Shown piece by piece: positions 1 to 9,653 of a stretch of DNA of 64,000 nucleotides. The stretch is taken from positions 1,482-65,481 of the forward strand of contig JAEYRB010000023.1 of the NCBI GenBank assembly GCA_023409735.1, read 5' to 3'. Made by a program: the position numbers and the translations under genes. Position 1 is the stretch's first letter. Each line of letters starts with the position of its first letter. The DNA is from Bacillota bacterium (GTDB lineage Bacteria; Bacillota; Clostridia; Acetivibrionales; DTU013). The notes below the pieces were generated by a model. That model was not told the origin of the DNA. It did no database searches and worked only from the letters and a program-made list of their open reading frames with translations.

Positions 1-1
1 G

Positions 2-760
2 TTTGGTCTCCGCTGAAAGGAAAGGAGGCAGGCATAATACTGCCGCTCCTGCAATGCAGATCAAAAAGCGGATACCAAATATTTTTAGAGAATCAATAAG
101 ATATTCTTTTTTAAGCTTAATTTCTACCATCATGCCAATCATAAGCATAGCCAAAAAGGTATTTGCTGAACTAATTGTCCCTGCGATGTCCAAAATTGGT
201 TTTGGCGTTGGTATCTTTAAGATCAGCAGTATTGCTAATACTAAGAAGGTGTCAAAGATAACCGACGAAAAGAGATTCCTTGCAATAAACCGAACCGTTC
301 CTTTTTCATTCTTACCGGTTTTCAGAATATACGATGTAATTACATATGAACCACAGGTACAAAGCAGTGAATTGCCCATATCGAACATACAGGTGCTCAT
401 GACCCCTGAAGAACCCATAAAGGATTGAACAATAGCCAGAGTAAAGATACCTATGTTGAAGCCCTGTGAATTAAGCATATACAGAGCTTTTTTGTTGTCA
501 GGCTGTTTTTTTGAAGCAAGGTAACCTGCAAATAAAAGAATAAGGTTGATTATAAATGCAGCAGCTGTCAATAAAACAGAATCAGCCTTAAAGCCGCTGT
601 AGGAAAAATTGCAGATTATAGCCGCAGGAAGAGTAATCTTTAGCACAATTATAGAAATAATCTTATAATCAGAGGCCTTAAAAACGCCGAAGTGCTTCAG
701 GAAATATCCCAAAAGTATTATCAATATCAATGCTGCAACCTTCAGCAATATCTGCTCCAT
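2..760 (-). CDS. AEC (auxin efflux carrier) family transporter, partial; the C-terminus runs off the window edge
   Basis: Own translation of the reverse complement from ATG at 760 (MEQILLKVAALILIILLGYFLKHFGVFKASDYK...). It stays open to position 2, is multi-TM hydrophobic, and has GGGGA 8 nt upstream. It is absent from the ORF track because it is truncated. The 3..428 + ORF is its antisense shadow. Confidence 0.6.
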   Translation of the reverse strand, partial: MEQILLKVAALILIILLGYFLKHFGVFKASDYKIISIIVLKITLPAAIICNFSYSGFKADSVLLTAAAFIINLILLFAGYLASKKQPDNKKALYMLNSQGFNIGIFTLAIVQSFMGSSGVMSTCMFDMGNSLLCTCGSYVITSYILKTGKNEKGTVRFIARNLFSSVIFDTFLVLAILLILKIPTPKPILDIAGTISSANTFLAMLMIGMMVEIKLKKEYLIDSLKIFGIRFLICIAGAAVLCLPPFLSAETK

Positions 761-1021
761 AACAAATGTCCCCAGTGCCGCTGCAATTTAGGTCTATAAA
801 AATGCATAGCAAAAAATAATTATTTTTTTGACTACATTGTCAAAATATTTAGTGTTTGGTTTGACTGTTTAGTCAAGTAATAATTATAATACTTTATTCA
901 CCTGCAAGATACAGTAAATATAGTCAATCGATACAGAAGAATCGGCATCTTTTGAGTCAAATTAGCCTAAGATTTTAATATCATGGCAGAGTGGAATTAT
1001 TATTTTTTAGAATGGAATTGT

Positions 1022-1630
1022 TTAGACTATAAATATATAGTAAGACAAAACAGCTGCAGCCAGTGATCCAATCAAATCTGATAGCATATCAAAGTCAGTA
1101 TCCCTTAAACCCTTCTGCATTTTTTGCCTGTTCCTTGAATCACTCATAAACTCTATCAACTCGTAAATAGTACCATAAAAAACACCCAGCAGCAGAATAT
1201 AGAAGGCTTGAAACACCTTTGAGCCTCCATATTCAAAGATATTTGATAAGAAGAAATAAAAGAATATTGCAAATGAAAATGACCCTATTACATGTTGTAT
1301 TCTATCAAATTTTTTTGTGCTGTAATAAAGTCCTTTGTAATACCCGAAAAATGAATCCATTAATAGAGATGCTATAATAAATATATAGGCTATATTGGGT
1401 ATTTTAAACTTAAAGATATAAGATACAATAAAAGTCAACCATAAAAACGCAATTGATGCTATCGCTGATTTCTTTGCAATCTTATCTCTTTTAGCAGAAA
1501 ATTTTGGCAGCAAGAGCAGCTCAATGATAGTAAATAGAATTAAAGATGCTAAAACAACCCAGTCCATTTGAATTCTCAATCCCCTCAGTCTTGCAGCGTT
1601 TTCAGTTAACAGCATGATCACCGCGTACAA
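1022..1630 (-). CDS. Hypothetical integral membrane protein (about 5-6 TM segments)
   Basis: 202-aa ORF with hydrophobic segments throughout. The start is uncertain: TTG at 1630, or internal ATG codons at aa 6 and aa 22. No family recognised. Confidence 0.5.
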   Translation of the reverse strand: MYAVIMLLTENAARLRGLRIQMDWVVLASLILFTIIELLLLPKFSAKRDKIAKKSAIASIAFLWLTFIVSYIFKFKIPNIAYIFIIASLLMDSFFGYYKGLYYSTKKFDRIQHVIGSFSFAIFFYFFLSNIFEYGGSKVFQAFYILLLGVFYGTIYELIEFMSDSRNRQKMQKGLRDTDFDMLSDLIGSLAAAVLSYYIFIV

Positions 1631-1810
1631 ATTACTGTTTCATCCATTACTACGCGTATCCTATCAGTTACTAAGTAATTAATTCTAGTATTGCATTTAA
1701 GGCTGCTAATTATTACTGTTACTGCCTTGTCTATTAACCTATGGAAATTATCGACTAAAGGATTATTGAATTAAAATAAGGAATTATCCATTTAATATGG
1801 AAGTTCTAGG

Positions 1811-4597
1811 TTATATAAGCTTTTGATCATTCAGAAAAAAGTCCTTCCATGGGTCGACGCTCATAATTCTACGTAATGCATCTGACATATCAACACCATC
1901 TGGTGAAACATCATTAAGCTCATCCCAGGCAATTGGCATTGACACCTTAGCGCCCTTCCTCGCTCTTAAGGAATAGGGAGCAATACTTGTGGCGCCTCTT
2001 GTATTGCGGATCCAGTCAATAAATATTTTATCCGTCCGCTTAGCCTTCCTGACGTTGCTTGTGTATCGATCAGGCCATTTCTGCTCCATAACCTCAGCCA
2101 CACGGCGTGCAAAATTACGAAACACGTCCCATGAAGCAACAGTCGTAAACGGGACAACAACATGATAGCCCTTGCCACCGCTGGTTTTCAAATATGAATT
2201 AAGCGAAAGCTCGGCAAGAATGCTTTTCAGGTCCTTCACTCCTTGACGCACCCTGCCAAGGTCCATGCCTTCATCGGGGTCAAGGTCAAAAACCATTACA
2301 TCAGGTTTATCAAGCTTATCTATACGGCTTCCCCAAATGTGAAATTCAAGCGTTCCCATCTGTGCTTCAGTTATCAGCCCAAGCGCGTTCTCAATATAAA
2401 AGTAGTTCTCTTTTTCCCCGCCATCAGTAGGAACAGCTATTGTTACAACGCCCTTAGTATCAGGGCCGGAATGCTTTTTGTAGAAACAGGTCTGTGATAC
2501 TCCTTTAGGGCAGCGAACAATACTCAGAATCCTGTGCGAAGTGTAAGGGAGCATATGTTGTGAAACCTTTTCATAATATCTGATCACATCTTCTTTAGTG
2601 GTTTGTGTGTCATCAAACAGAACCTTATCCGGGTGAGTTACCCTGACACCTGCTATTGTCAGGTCACTTTTGCCAGTTTTAGGTGATCTCCCCGCTATGT
2701 TGTCTGCAGGTATATCAATAGACGGTACATTAGCTGTGGTATCAGTATCTGTTTTTTCTGCTTTATCGGCTTTATCAACCTTTTCAGTTTCTCTTGTTTT
2801 GTCTGTCTTATTCGTTTGTTCTACTTTATTCACATTCTTTATTAATTTCGCTTTTTTTGTTTTTTCTATTTTATCCTCGTTTTCCCTATTGTCTCCTTTA
2901 TTCGCTTGTTCAACTTTAGCGGTTTCCTCTTTTTCTGGTGCTTTCTCCACTTCCCCTGCTTCATGCACTTTATCTGCCATTCCCGCTTTCACTACCCTAT
3001 CCCAATTATCTGCTATGTCTGCTTCTTCTGCTTCTTGCGCTATCTCTTCTTCCTGTTCTTCCTCTTTATCTGCAATTTCCATTTTTACATCCTTCGGGCT
3101 TTTATCTGTCCGCAAACCTTTGTAACTGGCCTGCCTTAGTAAATTTTCTTTTGTTAATTCCGCGAACTTAACTTCTGCTACCATGCTTGGCTCTACCCAG
3201 GTAAACCTTTCATTTGATTTTGCCTTTGGAACAGCTTTAAATGGGGAATACGGACTTTGTATAGCCCTTAACTCCTTCTCCAGTCTTTTTGCCTCCGCTT
3301 CACTAAAGCCTGTTCCTGTACGGCCAACATATACGAGGTCATCCCCTTCATACGCTCCGAGCAGCAGTGAGCTAAGTCCACTTGTTTTTTTATCCGAAAG
3401 CGTGTAACCTCCGATAACAAACTCCTGCCGCTTATCGCACTTAAGCTTGATCCAGTCCCCGTTTCTGGTCCCGCTGTAAACAGACTCGACTTTTTTACCT
3501 ACTATCCCTTCCATTCCAAGCTTACAGGCCGCCGCAAAGCTTTCCTTCCCATTACCTATGACATGGCGACTGTACCATAAATTATTAGGAGCTTCCTTCA
3601 TCAATGCCTCAAGGGCTTCCTTTCTTTTAATAAGGGATTGTCCTCGGAGATCCTTGCCTTCCAGTGCCAACAGGTCAAAAACAATATAGGTAAGCCTCTG
3701 TTCCCCCGGGCTCTTCATGTAATTCTGAAGTGCCTGAAAATCAGTCTTTCCCTTATCGTCCGTAACCGTCATTTCACCGTCAAGGATCATTGCTCTTCCA
3801 TTTGCCCAATCAGCGAGAGAGGCTGCTATGCTCCGAAACCGCCCAGTATAATCGTTGCCGTTTCTCGTTATCAGCTGGACGCTGCTGCCTTCAATATATG
3901 CAAGAATTCTGTAGCCGTCATACTTCATTTCATAAAGCCAATTTTCACCGTTTGGTACCGTTTTAGCAAGCTTCGCAAGTTGAATCTCTGCCGAGCTAAA
4001 GGGATTTTTCATATTTCTGTCATCGCTCCCTTTCTCTATCTCCTCCATTGTGCGACCGGTTCTGACGCTTGTTATGAATTCACCAATTCCATCTGTAGTC
4101 TTTACGTACTCATCTCTTTCCTTGAGTAAAAGCCAATTATCCTTCTCCTCGTCAGCTTTCTTCTTAAGTCTGACTAAAGCCCATTTACCTTTGAGACGCC
4201 TTCCATTGAGAACAAATTTTATTGCTCCCTTACTAAGGCTTTCCTCAACACTCCCCAGGGGCTCCCAAAAGCCTTCGTCCCAGAGCATAACCACGCCCCC
4301 GCCATATTCCCCCTTTGGAATAGTCCCTTCAAAATTTCTATATTCAAGAGGGTGATCCTCAACCTGTATCGCAAGCCGTTTATCCCGGGTATTATAGGAA
4401 GGCCCCTTTGGTACTGCCCAACTCAAAAGAACACCTCTATGTTCAAGTCGAAAATCATAATGGTCTTTACGGGCCAGGTGGTGCTGCACCACAAATCTCA
4501 AGCCCTCCGATGACTCAGTTGTTTCGCCTTCCGGTTCAATTGTCTTTTCAAAATTTCTTTTACGGTTGTAGTCAGCAAGCTCGGTCATGAATTTCAC
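1811..4597 (-). CDS. ligD: Three-domain ATP-dependent DNA ligase D (phosphoesterase - ligase - polymerase/primase)
   Basis: N-terminal PE motifs (VVQHHLARKDHYDFRLE). Ligase adenylation motif EMKYDGYR (KxDG). C-terminal LigD-Pol motifs (VFDLDPD, SGGKGYHV). GTG at 4597 overlaps the ku stop (GTGA); an alternative ATG lies at 4588. Confidence 0.9.
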   Translation of the reverse strand: MKFMTELADYNRKRNFEKTIEPEGETTESSEGLRFVVQHHLARKDHYDFRLEHRGVLLSWAVPKGPSYNTRDKRLAIQVEDHPLEYRNFEGTIPKGEYGGGVVMLWDEGFWEPLGSVEESLSKGAIKFVLNGRRLKGKWALVRLKKKADEEKDNWLLLKERDEYVKTTDGIGEFITSVRTGRTMEEIEKGSDDRNMKNPFSSAEIQLAKLAKTVPNGENWLYEMKYDGYRILAYIEGSSVQLITRNGNDYTGRFRSIAASLADWANGRAMILDGEMTVTDDKGKTDFQALQNYMKSPGEQRLTYIVFDLLALEGKDLRGQSLIKRKEALEALMKEAPNNLWYSRHVIGNGKESFAAACKLGMEGIVGKKVESVYSGTRNGDWIKLKCDKRQEFVIGGYTLSDKKTSGLSSLLLGAYEGDDLVYVGRTGTGFSEAEAKRLEKELRAIQSPYSPFKAVPKAKSNERFTWVEPSMVAEVKFAELTKENLLRQASYKGLRTDKSPKDVKMEIADKEEEQEEEIAQEAEEADIADNWDRVVKAGMADKVHEAGEVEKAPEKEETAKVEQANKGDNRENEDKIEKTKKAKLIKNVNKVEQTNKTDKTRETEKVDKADKAEKTDTDTTANVPSIDIPADNIAGRSPKTGKSDLTIAGVRVTHPDKVLFDDTQTTKEDVIRYYEKVSQHMLPYTSHRILSIVRCPKGVSQTCFYKKHSGPDTKGVVTIAVPTDGGEKENYFYIENALGLITEAQMGTLEFHIWGSRIDKLDKPDVMVFDLDPDEGMDLGRVRQGVKDLKSILAELSLNSYLKTSGGKGYHVVVPFTTVASWDVFRNFARRVAEVMEQKWPDRYTSNVRKAKRTDKIFIDWIRNTRGATSIAPYSLRARKGAKVSMPIAWDELNDVSPDGVDMSDALRRIMSVDPWKDFFLNDQKLI
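2735..3085 (-). other. Low-complexity E/K/D/T-rich linker (about 115 aa) between the LigD ligase and polymerase domains
   Basis: Translation reads KMEIADKEEEQEEEIAQEAEEAD...KVEQANK...KVEQTNKTDKTRETEKVDKADKAEKTDTDTT. The biased DNA composition creates several long spurious antisense ORFs (2670..3125, 2906..3139, 2938..3171). Confidence 0.8.
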
Positions 4598-5367
4598 ACC
4601 GGTACCCTTTCCTTCTTAGCATTTTCAACACTGGCTCTGAGTGCCTCCATAAGGTCGATGACTACACTGGTTCCTGCTTGCTCAGCGGCAACGACCTCCT
4701 TGCCGGAAATTTTGTTCTCAATAAGCTCTTTTAATTTGGACTGATATTCATCCTTATATTTTGATGCATCGAAGGGCGTATCCATAGAATTGATAAGGAC
4801 TTTAGCCATATTAAGCTCCTGCTCGGACACACCCGGCTTATTATATTGCTTTTGCAGTTCCTTAACGTCGTCCGCATAGAACATGGTAGAAATAAGAATA
4901 CCATCCTCACGTGGAATGATAGCCATGAGCGTATCCTTCGTTCCCATGACGGTTTTCCCTATGGCTATTTTCTGCTCAGCCATCAATGCGGCGCGCAGCA
5001 ATTCGAAGGCTTTTTCACCGCCTGTTTCCGGTACAGCCTGATAGGTCTTATCATAGAAGACTGGTGAGATTTGGTTCAGCTGTGCAAAATGCAGTATCTG
5101 AATGGATTTTTCTTTTTCTGTCTTGATTTTTTCAATTTCTTCATCGGTTATAACAACATATTTATCGTTGTCGTATTCAAAGCCTTTTACAATATCCTCT
5201 GAACCAAGCTCTTTGCCGCAGTGGGCGCAGGTCTTCTTATATCTGACCCGACTATTGTCTTCCTTGTGAAGCTGATTAAAATGGATGTCGTTGTCCTGGG
5301 TTGCCGTGAACATTGCTATTGGAATTGCAACCATGCCGAATGTAATGACAGATTTACGTGATACCAT
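4594..5367 (-). CDS. ku: Ku protein (NHEJ DNA-end-binding)
   Basis: 257 aa. The N-terminus ITFGMVAIPIAMFTATQDNDIHFNQLH and overall length are typical of bacterial Ku. It lies directly upstream of ligD and is translationally coupled to it. Confidence 0.9.
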   Translation of the reverse strand: MVSRKSVITFGMVAIPIAMFTATQDNDIHFNQLHKEDNSRVRYKKTCAHCGKELGSEDIVKGFEYDNDKYVVITDEEIEKIKTEKEKSIQILHFAQLNQISPVFYDKTYQAVPETGGEKAFELLRAALMAEQKIAIGKTVMGTKDTLMAIIPREDGILISTMFYADDVKELQKQYNKPGVSEQELNMAKVLINSMDTPFDASKYKDEYQSKLKELIENKISGKEVVAAEQAGTSVVIDLMEALRASVENAKKERVPV

Positions 5368-5438
5368 AATGAAACACCTCCTGCGCTAGTGTTTCCATTG
5401 ATCAATTTTCTTAATCATGTACAGCTCCTGAGAACCAA

Positions 5439-5467
5439 ATTATAGCAGCTTAGTTAGATATGGTCAA
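5439..5467 (-). promoter_or_regulatory. Sigma-A-type promoter for ku-ligD
   Basis: The minus strand reads TTGACC - 17 nt - TATAAT (-35 at 5462-5467, -10 at 5439-5444), about 70 nt upstream of the ku ATG. Confidence 0.45.
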
Positions 5468-5638
5468 TTTTTTGTCAATATTTTCTGGAATAACTTGACC
5501 ATTTAACAAGCAACTGGTATTCTGATTAAAACTAAGGGGACGGTGTCCGAGTAGATGAAATACGCTGTGGTTTCAACGACGATGTAGAATCTTTTATGAC
5601 TTACAACAAATCAGTTATTGTAAATCAGGAGGTCACCA

Positions 5639-6456
5639 ATGATACTTGTTAATAAAAATACAAAGTTAAAGAATGTAGCTAATATAGTGAATGAAAGCTC
5701 CCCCAGCTTCTCCGGTATCGTAAGTCAGGAATGCAAAGGAAAGCTTGGGGTCAATGACATTGAGATACCGACTATTGCCATTGCCGAATCCTATGCAGTC
5801 GGAAGCTTTGCATTCCTTGGTAAATATAAAACTAATGAAACTTTGTAAGTTTAAAGGATTTTTTAGAAAATAGTTTATTTGATCACCTAAGGAAAAACGG
5901 CTATGATTGCTTTGAGTTCTCAATTGAAAGTGAATGCATACGTGAAAGTATTCTTGAACTATTTAAGGATAAATCGATTCAGACAGAAAAGGAATTCTCG
6001 TTCAGAATTAATGCAATACCCGAAAAGAATAGGGACATACCCAATGAATATCAAGTGAAAAAGGTTGATGCTCCCTTCTGGCATATGCTGACAGAAGGGA
6101 AATTTGAAAATGAGGAGCTCTTAAAAGCGCGGCTGCTTGAGTCCTGGTACTCATTTGAGGAATTTGAAGATAAAAGTATTGCCTATTGTGTAATTTTCAA
6201 AAACAGAATCGTTGCAGTAATGGTTGGAACTGCATGCTTTAATAATGTAGTAGCAATAGACATTGAAACAGAGGAGGAGCATCGCAGAAAGGGCTTGGCA
6301 TACGCTATGGCGGTGGAATTCATCAGAGATTGTTTAAAGAATAATTACATTCCACAATGGGACTGTGTTGAATCAAATCCGATTTCATATAATATGGCAA
6401 ATAAATTAGGATTTAAATTATTCAAAGAAAACACAGTCTATTGGTTTAAGCTTTAA
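5639..6456 (+). pseudogene. GNAT-family acetyltransferase (long N-terminal-domain type) disrupted by a single frameshift
   Basis: The 5639..5848 ORF (MILVNKNTKLKN...GKYKTNETL*) stops at 5846. The other frame is open from 5839 (NFVSLKDFLENSLFDHLRKNGYDCFEFSIE...). That frame runs without an ATG into the 6055..6456 GNAT core (RRKGLAYAMAVEF..., NMANKLGF). One indel near 5834-5848 joins the two frames. Confidence 0.55.
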
Positions 6457-6607
6457 GCTTGACAGTGCAAAGCTTTTATGTAAACTGCTTTCCAGGTAAT
6501 ACTGAACTTATTCTGTAAACTGCCAGTCAGTGTAAAAATCTCTTTCCATATGATATTTTTTGGGGCTTGTAAGCCGAACTTTTGCTTACAAGCCTTAGAT
6601 TACATCA

Positions 6608-7303
6608 TCAGCCTTTAATGAATTTAACTACCTTCTTTTTGTCAGCGGTAGGATTTAGTTTCATTACCTGCGCTTCGATTCTTCCATATGCTTCCTCAGG
6701 GTCTATGTCTTCAAGTACGACTCCGCGCTTACTCCAGAAATCCTCAACAGTTGTGAAAACTGTGCTGTTCCAGCCATAGCCCTCACCGTACTTATTGGTC
6801 TTCTGCTGCCGTCCGCACATAGTTATATACATTCTCATCTGCAGATCGACAATGGCACGCTCAAATCTCGCATTATCTTCCTTTGTAAAGCCACCGAGCC
6901 GTTTTATCTCATGAAGTGCGGTTTCACCGTTTGCTGATATGGTCTCGTATATCTGTTTTTCTGTCTGAGTGATTGTCCCGTAATCATATGCTTCATCAAA
7001 TATCTCACCACGCCTGCGTACAGCCAAAAAATAAGGATACCATTCCTTTGTGATATAGCCGCTTGTGCGAAAGAATACCTTCGAGTAAGCAATATCGCTG
7101 TATTCCTCAAGCACACGCATACGCCATTCCCATGGGTCAGTTTCAGGTTGTCCTGTGTGCCATTTGACCGGCGAGCCGATCTTGTCTTGATTCTCCCATG
7201 AGTAAGGTATCAGAGCAAATATGCCCTTATCATTGCCTCCGCCCATAGAAAAGCCACACTCACACAAAGCACTATAAAAGTCAGAAAAATTATTTATCTT
7301 CAT
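6608..7303 (-). CDS. Conserved hypothetical protein; possibly an AlkZ/YcaQ-related winged-helix protein (from memory, low certainty)
   Basis: ORF with a good RBS (GAGGTG) before ATG 7303 (MKINNFSDFYSAL...). The family assignment is recollection only, not motif-proven. Confidence 0.5.
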   Translation of the reverse strand: MKINNFSDFYSALCECGFSMGGGNDKGIFALIPYSWENQDKIGSPVKWHTGQPETDPWEWRMRVLEEYSDIAYSKVFFRTSGYITKEWYPYFLAVRRRGEIFDEAYDYGTITQTEKQIYETISANGETALHEIKRLGGFTKEDNARFERAIVDLQMRMYITMCGRQQKTNKYGEGYGWNSTVFTTVEDFWSKRGVVLEDIDPEEAYGRIEAQVMKLNPTADKKKVVKFIKG

Positions 7304-7339
7304 AATACACCTCATCTTTACTAGCAATTAAACATGCAT

Positions 7340-8110
7340 TCATTTAACCTCAGTATTGCTCACACCCTCGCACCTTGCTGTCATTTTACTCATAAACCTG
7401 CCGAAGGCAAGTGGAAACAGATAACAAAATTTTGTTTGAACCTTTTGCCCGAAGCTGTGACAAATAACAAAGCCCTTTGACTGCAAATGTCGGGCAAGTC
7501 CGTAGCCTACTGTCTTAGGGTCAGCTTTAAATTCCTTTGGAATTGGTAGAGGTTCTGCGGATTTTGTGCGCGTAAGTGGAGGATGGATTATATGAAATGT
7601 TATTCCATCATTTTGATATTCAATACTCAGGCACTTTGCAAGCGCTTCAATAGCACCCTTACTGGAGGCATACGGACTAATCCTGAAAAATCCGGTAACG
7701 CCTACTCCGGAGCTTGTGAAGATAATCCTTCCGTTTTTCTGTTTTTTCATATATGGAATTACAGCCTTTGTTAGTCGTAATGCGCCAAAATAATTGACAT
7801 TAAACACTTTTCTGTATACATCTTCATTTGTTGTTTCCATAGAATCAAAAGTACAGCAGCAGGCATTATGAACCGCGATATCAATGCTACCAAAGCTAGC
7901 GGCTATTTTATCTATTGTGTTTGTTACGGCTTCTGTATCCTCCATATCACAGATACATGATAAAAGCCTGTCTTTGTATTTATTTTTTAGCATCTGCAGA
8001 TTTTCAATGTCCAAATCCAAAACCGCAACTATATTACCATCTGCTAAAAGCTGCTCCACCATATGATAGCCAATTCCCTGATTGGCTCCAGTTATAACAA
8101 TGTTTTTCAT
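7340..8110 (-). CDS. Short-chain dehydrogenase/reductase (SDR) family oxidoreductase
   Basis: TGANQGIG cofactor motif at the N-terminus and YASSK (YxxxK) catalytic motif. 256 aa. Confidence 0.85.
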   Translation of the reverse strand: MKNIVITGANQGIGYHMVEQLLADGNIVAVLDLDIENLQMLKNKYKDRLLSCICDMEDTEAVTNTIDKIAASFGSIDIAVHNACCCTFDSMETTNEDVYRKVFNVNYFGALRLTKAVIPYMKKQKNGRIIFTSSGVGVTGFFRISPYASSKGAIEALAKCLSIEYQNDGITFHIIHPPLTRTKSAEPLPIPKEFKADPKTVGYGLARHLQSKGFVICHSFGQKVQTKFCYLFPLAFGRFMSKMTARCEGVSNTEVK

Positions 8111-8259
8111 TTATCCCCTCCGATTACTGAACAAAACATGTTATGATCTACCTTTTACATGATTATTGTATACCAAATTACTCCTATTTTGTAAATAATA
8201 TTTTCTTGCTTATCTCTCTGTCAGGCCTATAATACTTCCGAGTGCAGCACCCTTCCTCG

Positions 8260-8973
8260 CTAAGCAAGCTTTATGCTGAATTTTTTAAACAGAATATATA
8301 CCCATAATGCTGTTATCAGAATTGCAGGCAGCAAAAACAGATAATATCTGTCTATACAAAGCTTTGCGATCCAGAAGGACGGAAGGATAGAGAATAGATA
8401 CTGTACATTGGATGTAATGAAAAACGGCATCGGCAAGCCCAGCATAATAAGGCCTGAAAGCTTTGCCATGGCCATACCTTCAACACGATTATGCGAAAAG
8501 ATGAAGATAAAAAGCGATACTGCTATACTTAAAGCACACGTCAGAAGGCATGTAATAATTATCATATAAAACGACCAGACTGTAAGCGTAAACAATAGCA
8601 TAATAACGACCGAAGCCAGGAATGATATGGCTACCGGGAAAGCCAGACGGGAAATGAGGTAGCCGCTTTTACCTATAGGTGTTACAGCTATGTAATTAGT
8701 CATATTTTCATCATATTCTGTGAGCATGACCATGGCAGATGCAAAACAGAACATATATGGTGTTATCAGGCTCAAAAACATATCAAAGAGCAGATAATAC
8801 CCTGCCAGAATTGACGCTTTACCAAAATATCCGCAAAGAAGCCTTTCTATATACGGAATTGCAAAACGGAAAAAGCAAGCAGCCAGAAGTGGGGCAATAG
8901 ATACTGCTACAAGCATGTCATCCTCCCAAATCTGCCTTATGAACATCTTAAAAGAGCGCCACTGAGATCTCAT
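8260..8973 (-). CDS. ABC exporter permease subunit (ABC-2-like, 6 TM)
   Basis: Polytopic 237-aa protein. It overlaps the upstream permease by 4 nt and is the last gene of the tetR-ATPase-permease-permease operon. Confidence 0.6.
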   Translation of the reverse strand: MRSQWRSFKMFIRQIWEDDMLVAVSIAPLLAACFFRFAIPYIERLLCGYFGKASILAGYYLLFDMFLSLITPYMFCFASAMVMLTEYDENMTNYIAVTPIGKSGYLISRLAFPVAISFLASVVIMLLFTLTVWSFYMIIITCLLTCALSIAVSLFIFIFSHNRVEGMAMAKLSGLIMLGLPMPFFITSNVQYLFSILPSFWIAKLCIDRYYLFLLPAILITALWVYILFKKFSIKLA

Positions 8974-9653
8974 AGATTTACACCCCCAACTGATTTAAAC
9001 ATTTTCCTGATGGTACGATTAGCAATCATAATGATAAATATAGTCCATAATACCAGAACAGTAACAGCTATAAGCTTGTTCAGCCCGTCCGAGCAAAGCT
9101 CGATCATGCAGACACCAGGATGAAAAAGTAGCCAGCTCTTTTTATACCCAAAAAGCCATGCTATGGCAGGTACATTTATAAGCAGCTCAGCAGGTATTGT
9201 TGCAATAATGAATTCATTGAGCGTAGATATTTTAGCTGCTATGATTAAACCTACAGCTGAAAATAGGCATGAGCACAAAAATACTGAGATTATAAACCAA
9301 ACAGCATTCATCACAAAACCGCCTGAAAGTCCTATCACTACCGCAACAAGTGTTGAGATCACAGCAATAGAGTTCAACTTTGACAGCACATATTCCCACG
9401 GCTTTACAGGAGATATTGCAATACTGTTGAGCACTCTTTCACTTTTTTCAAATAATACGATTGCGCCCATAAAATATAGCCCCATTGCCGCAGGATCCGA
9501 AAAAATCATAAGTATGCCCGCTGTTTTTCTCCAGCCTGCAGGGAAAGCAAAAAGCAAGCTTATGTACAAAACCGAGAACACAAGGTATATGAAATAGAAA
9601 CCGTATTTAAACTGAAAAATAACATCACCTATAAATAGCGCCCTTCTCCTCAT
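8970..9653 (-). CDS. ABC exporter permease subunit (ABC-2-like)
   Basis: Polytopic 227-aa protein with 4-nt overlaps on both sides. The arrangement of one ATPase plus two permeases of about 230 aa resembles drug-export (fluoroquinolone-export-type) ABC systems. Confidence 0.6.
   Translation of the reverse strand: MRRRALFIGDVIFQFKYGFYFIYLVFSVLYISLLFAFPAGWRKTAGILMIFSDPAAMGLYFMGAIVLFEKSERVLNSIAISPVKPWEYVLSKLNSIAVISTLVAVVIGLSGGFVMNAVWFIISVFLCSCLFSAVGLIIAAKISTLNEFIIATIPAELLINVPAIAWLFGYKKSWLLFHPGVCMIELCSDGLNKLIAVTVLVLWTIFIIMIANRTIRKMFKSVGGVNL

Noticed and set aside
3-428. 141-aa + strand ORF at the window start
   Set aside because: It lies entirely antisense to a continuous, hydrophobic, RBS-preceded minus-strand ORF (2-760) that looks like an AEC transporter. 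It has no RBS and an odd composition.
2670-3171. Three overlapping + strand ORFs (151, 77 and 77 aa) rich in S/L/F
   Set aside because: They are antisense artefacts of the low-complexity E/K-rich linker of ligD.
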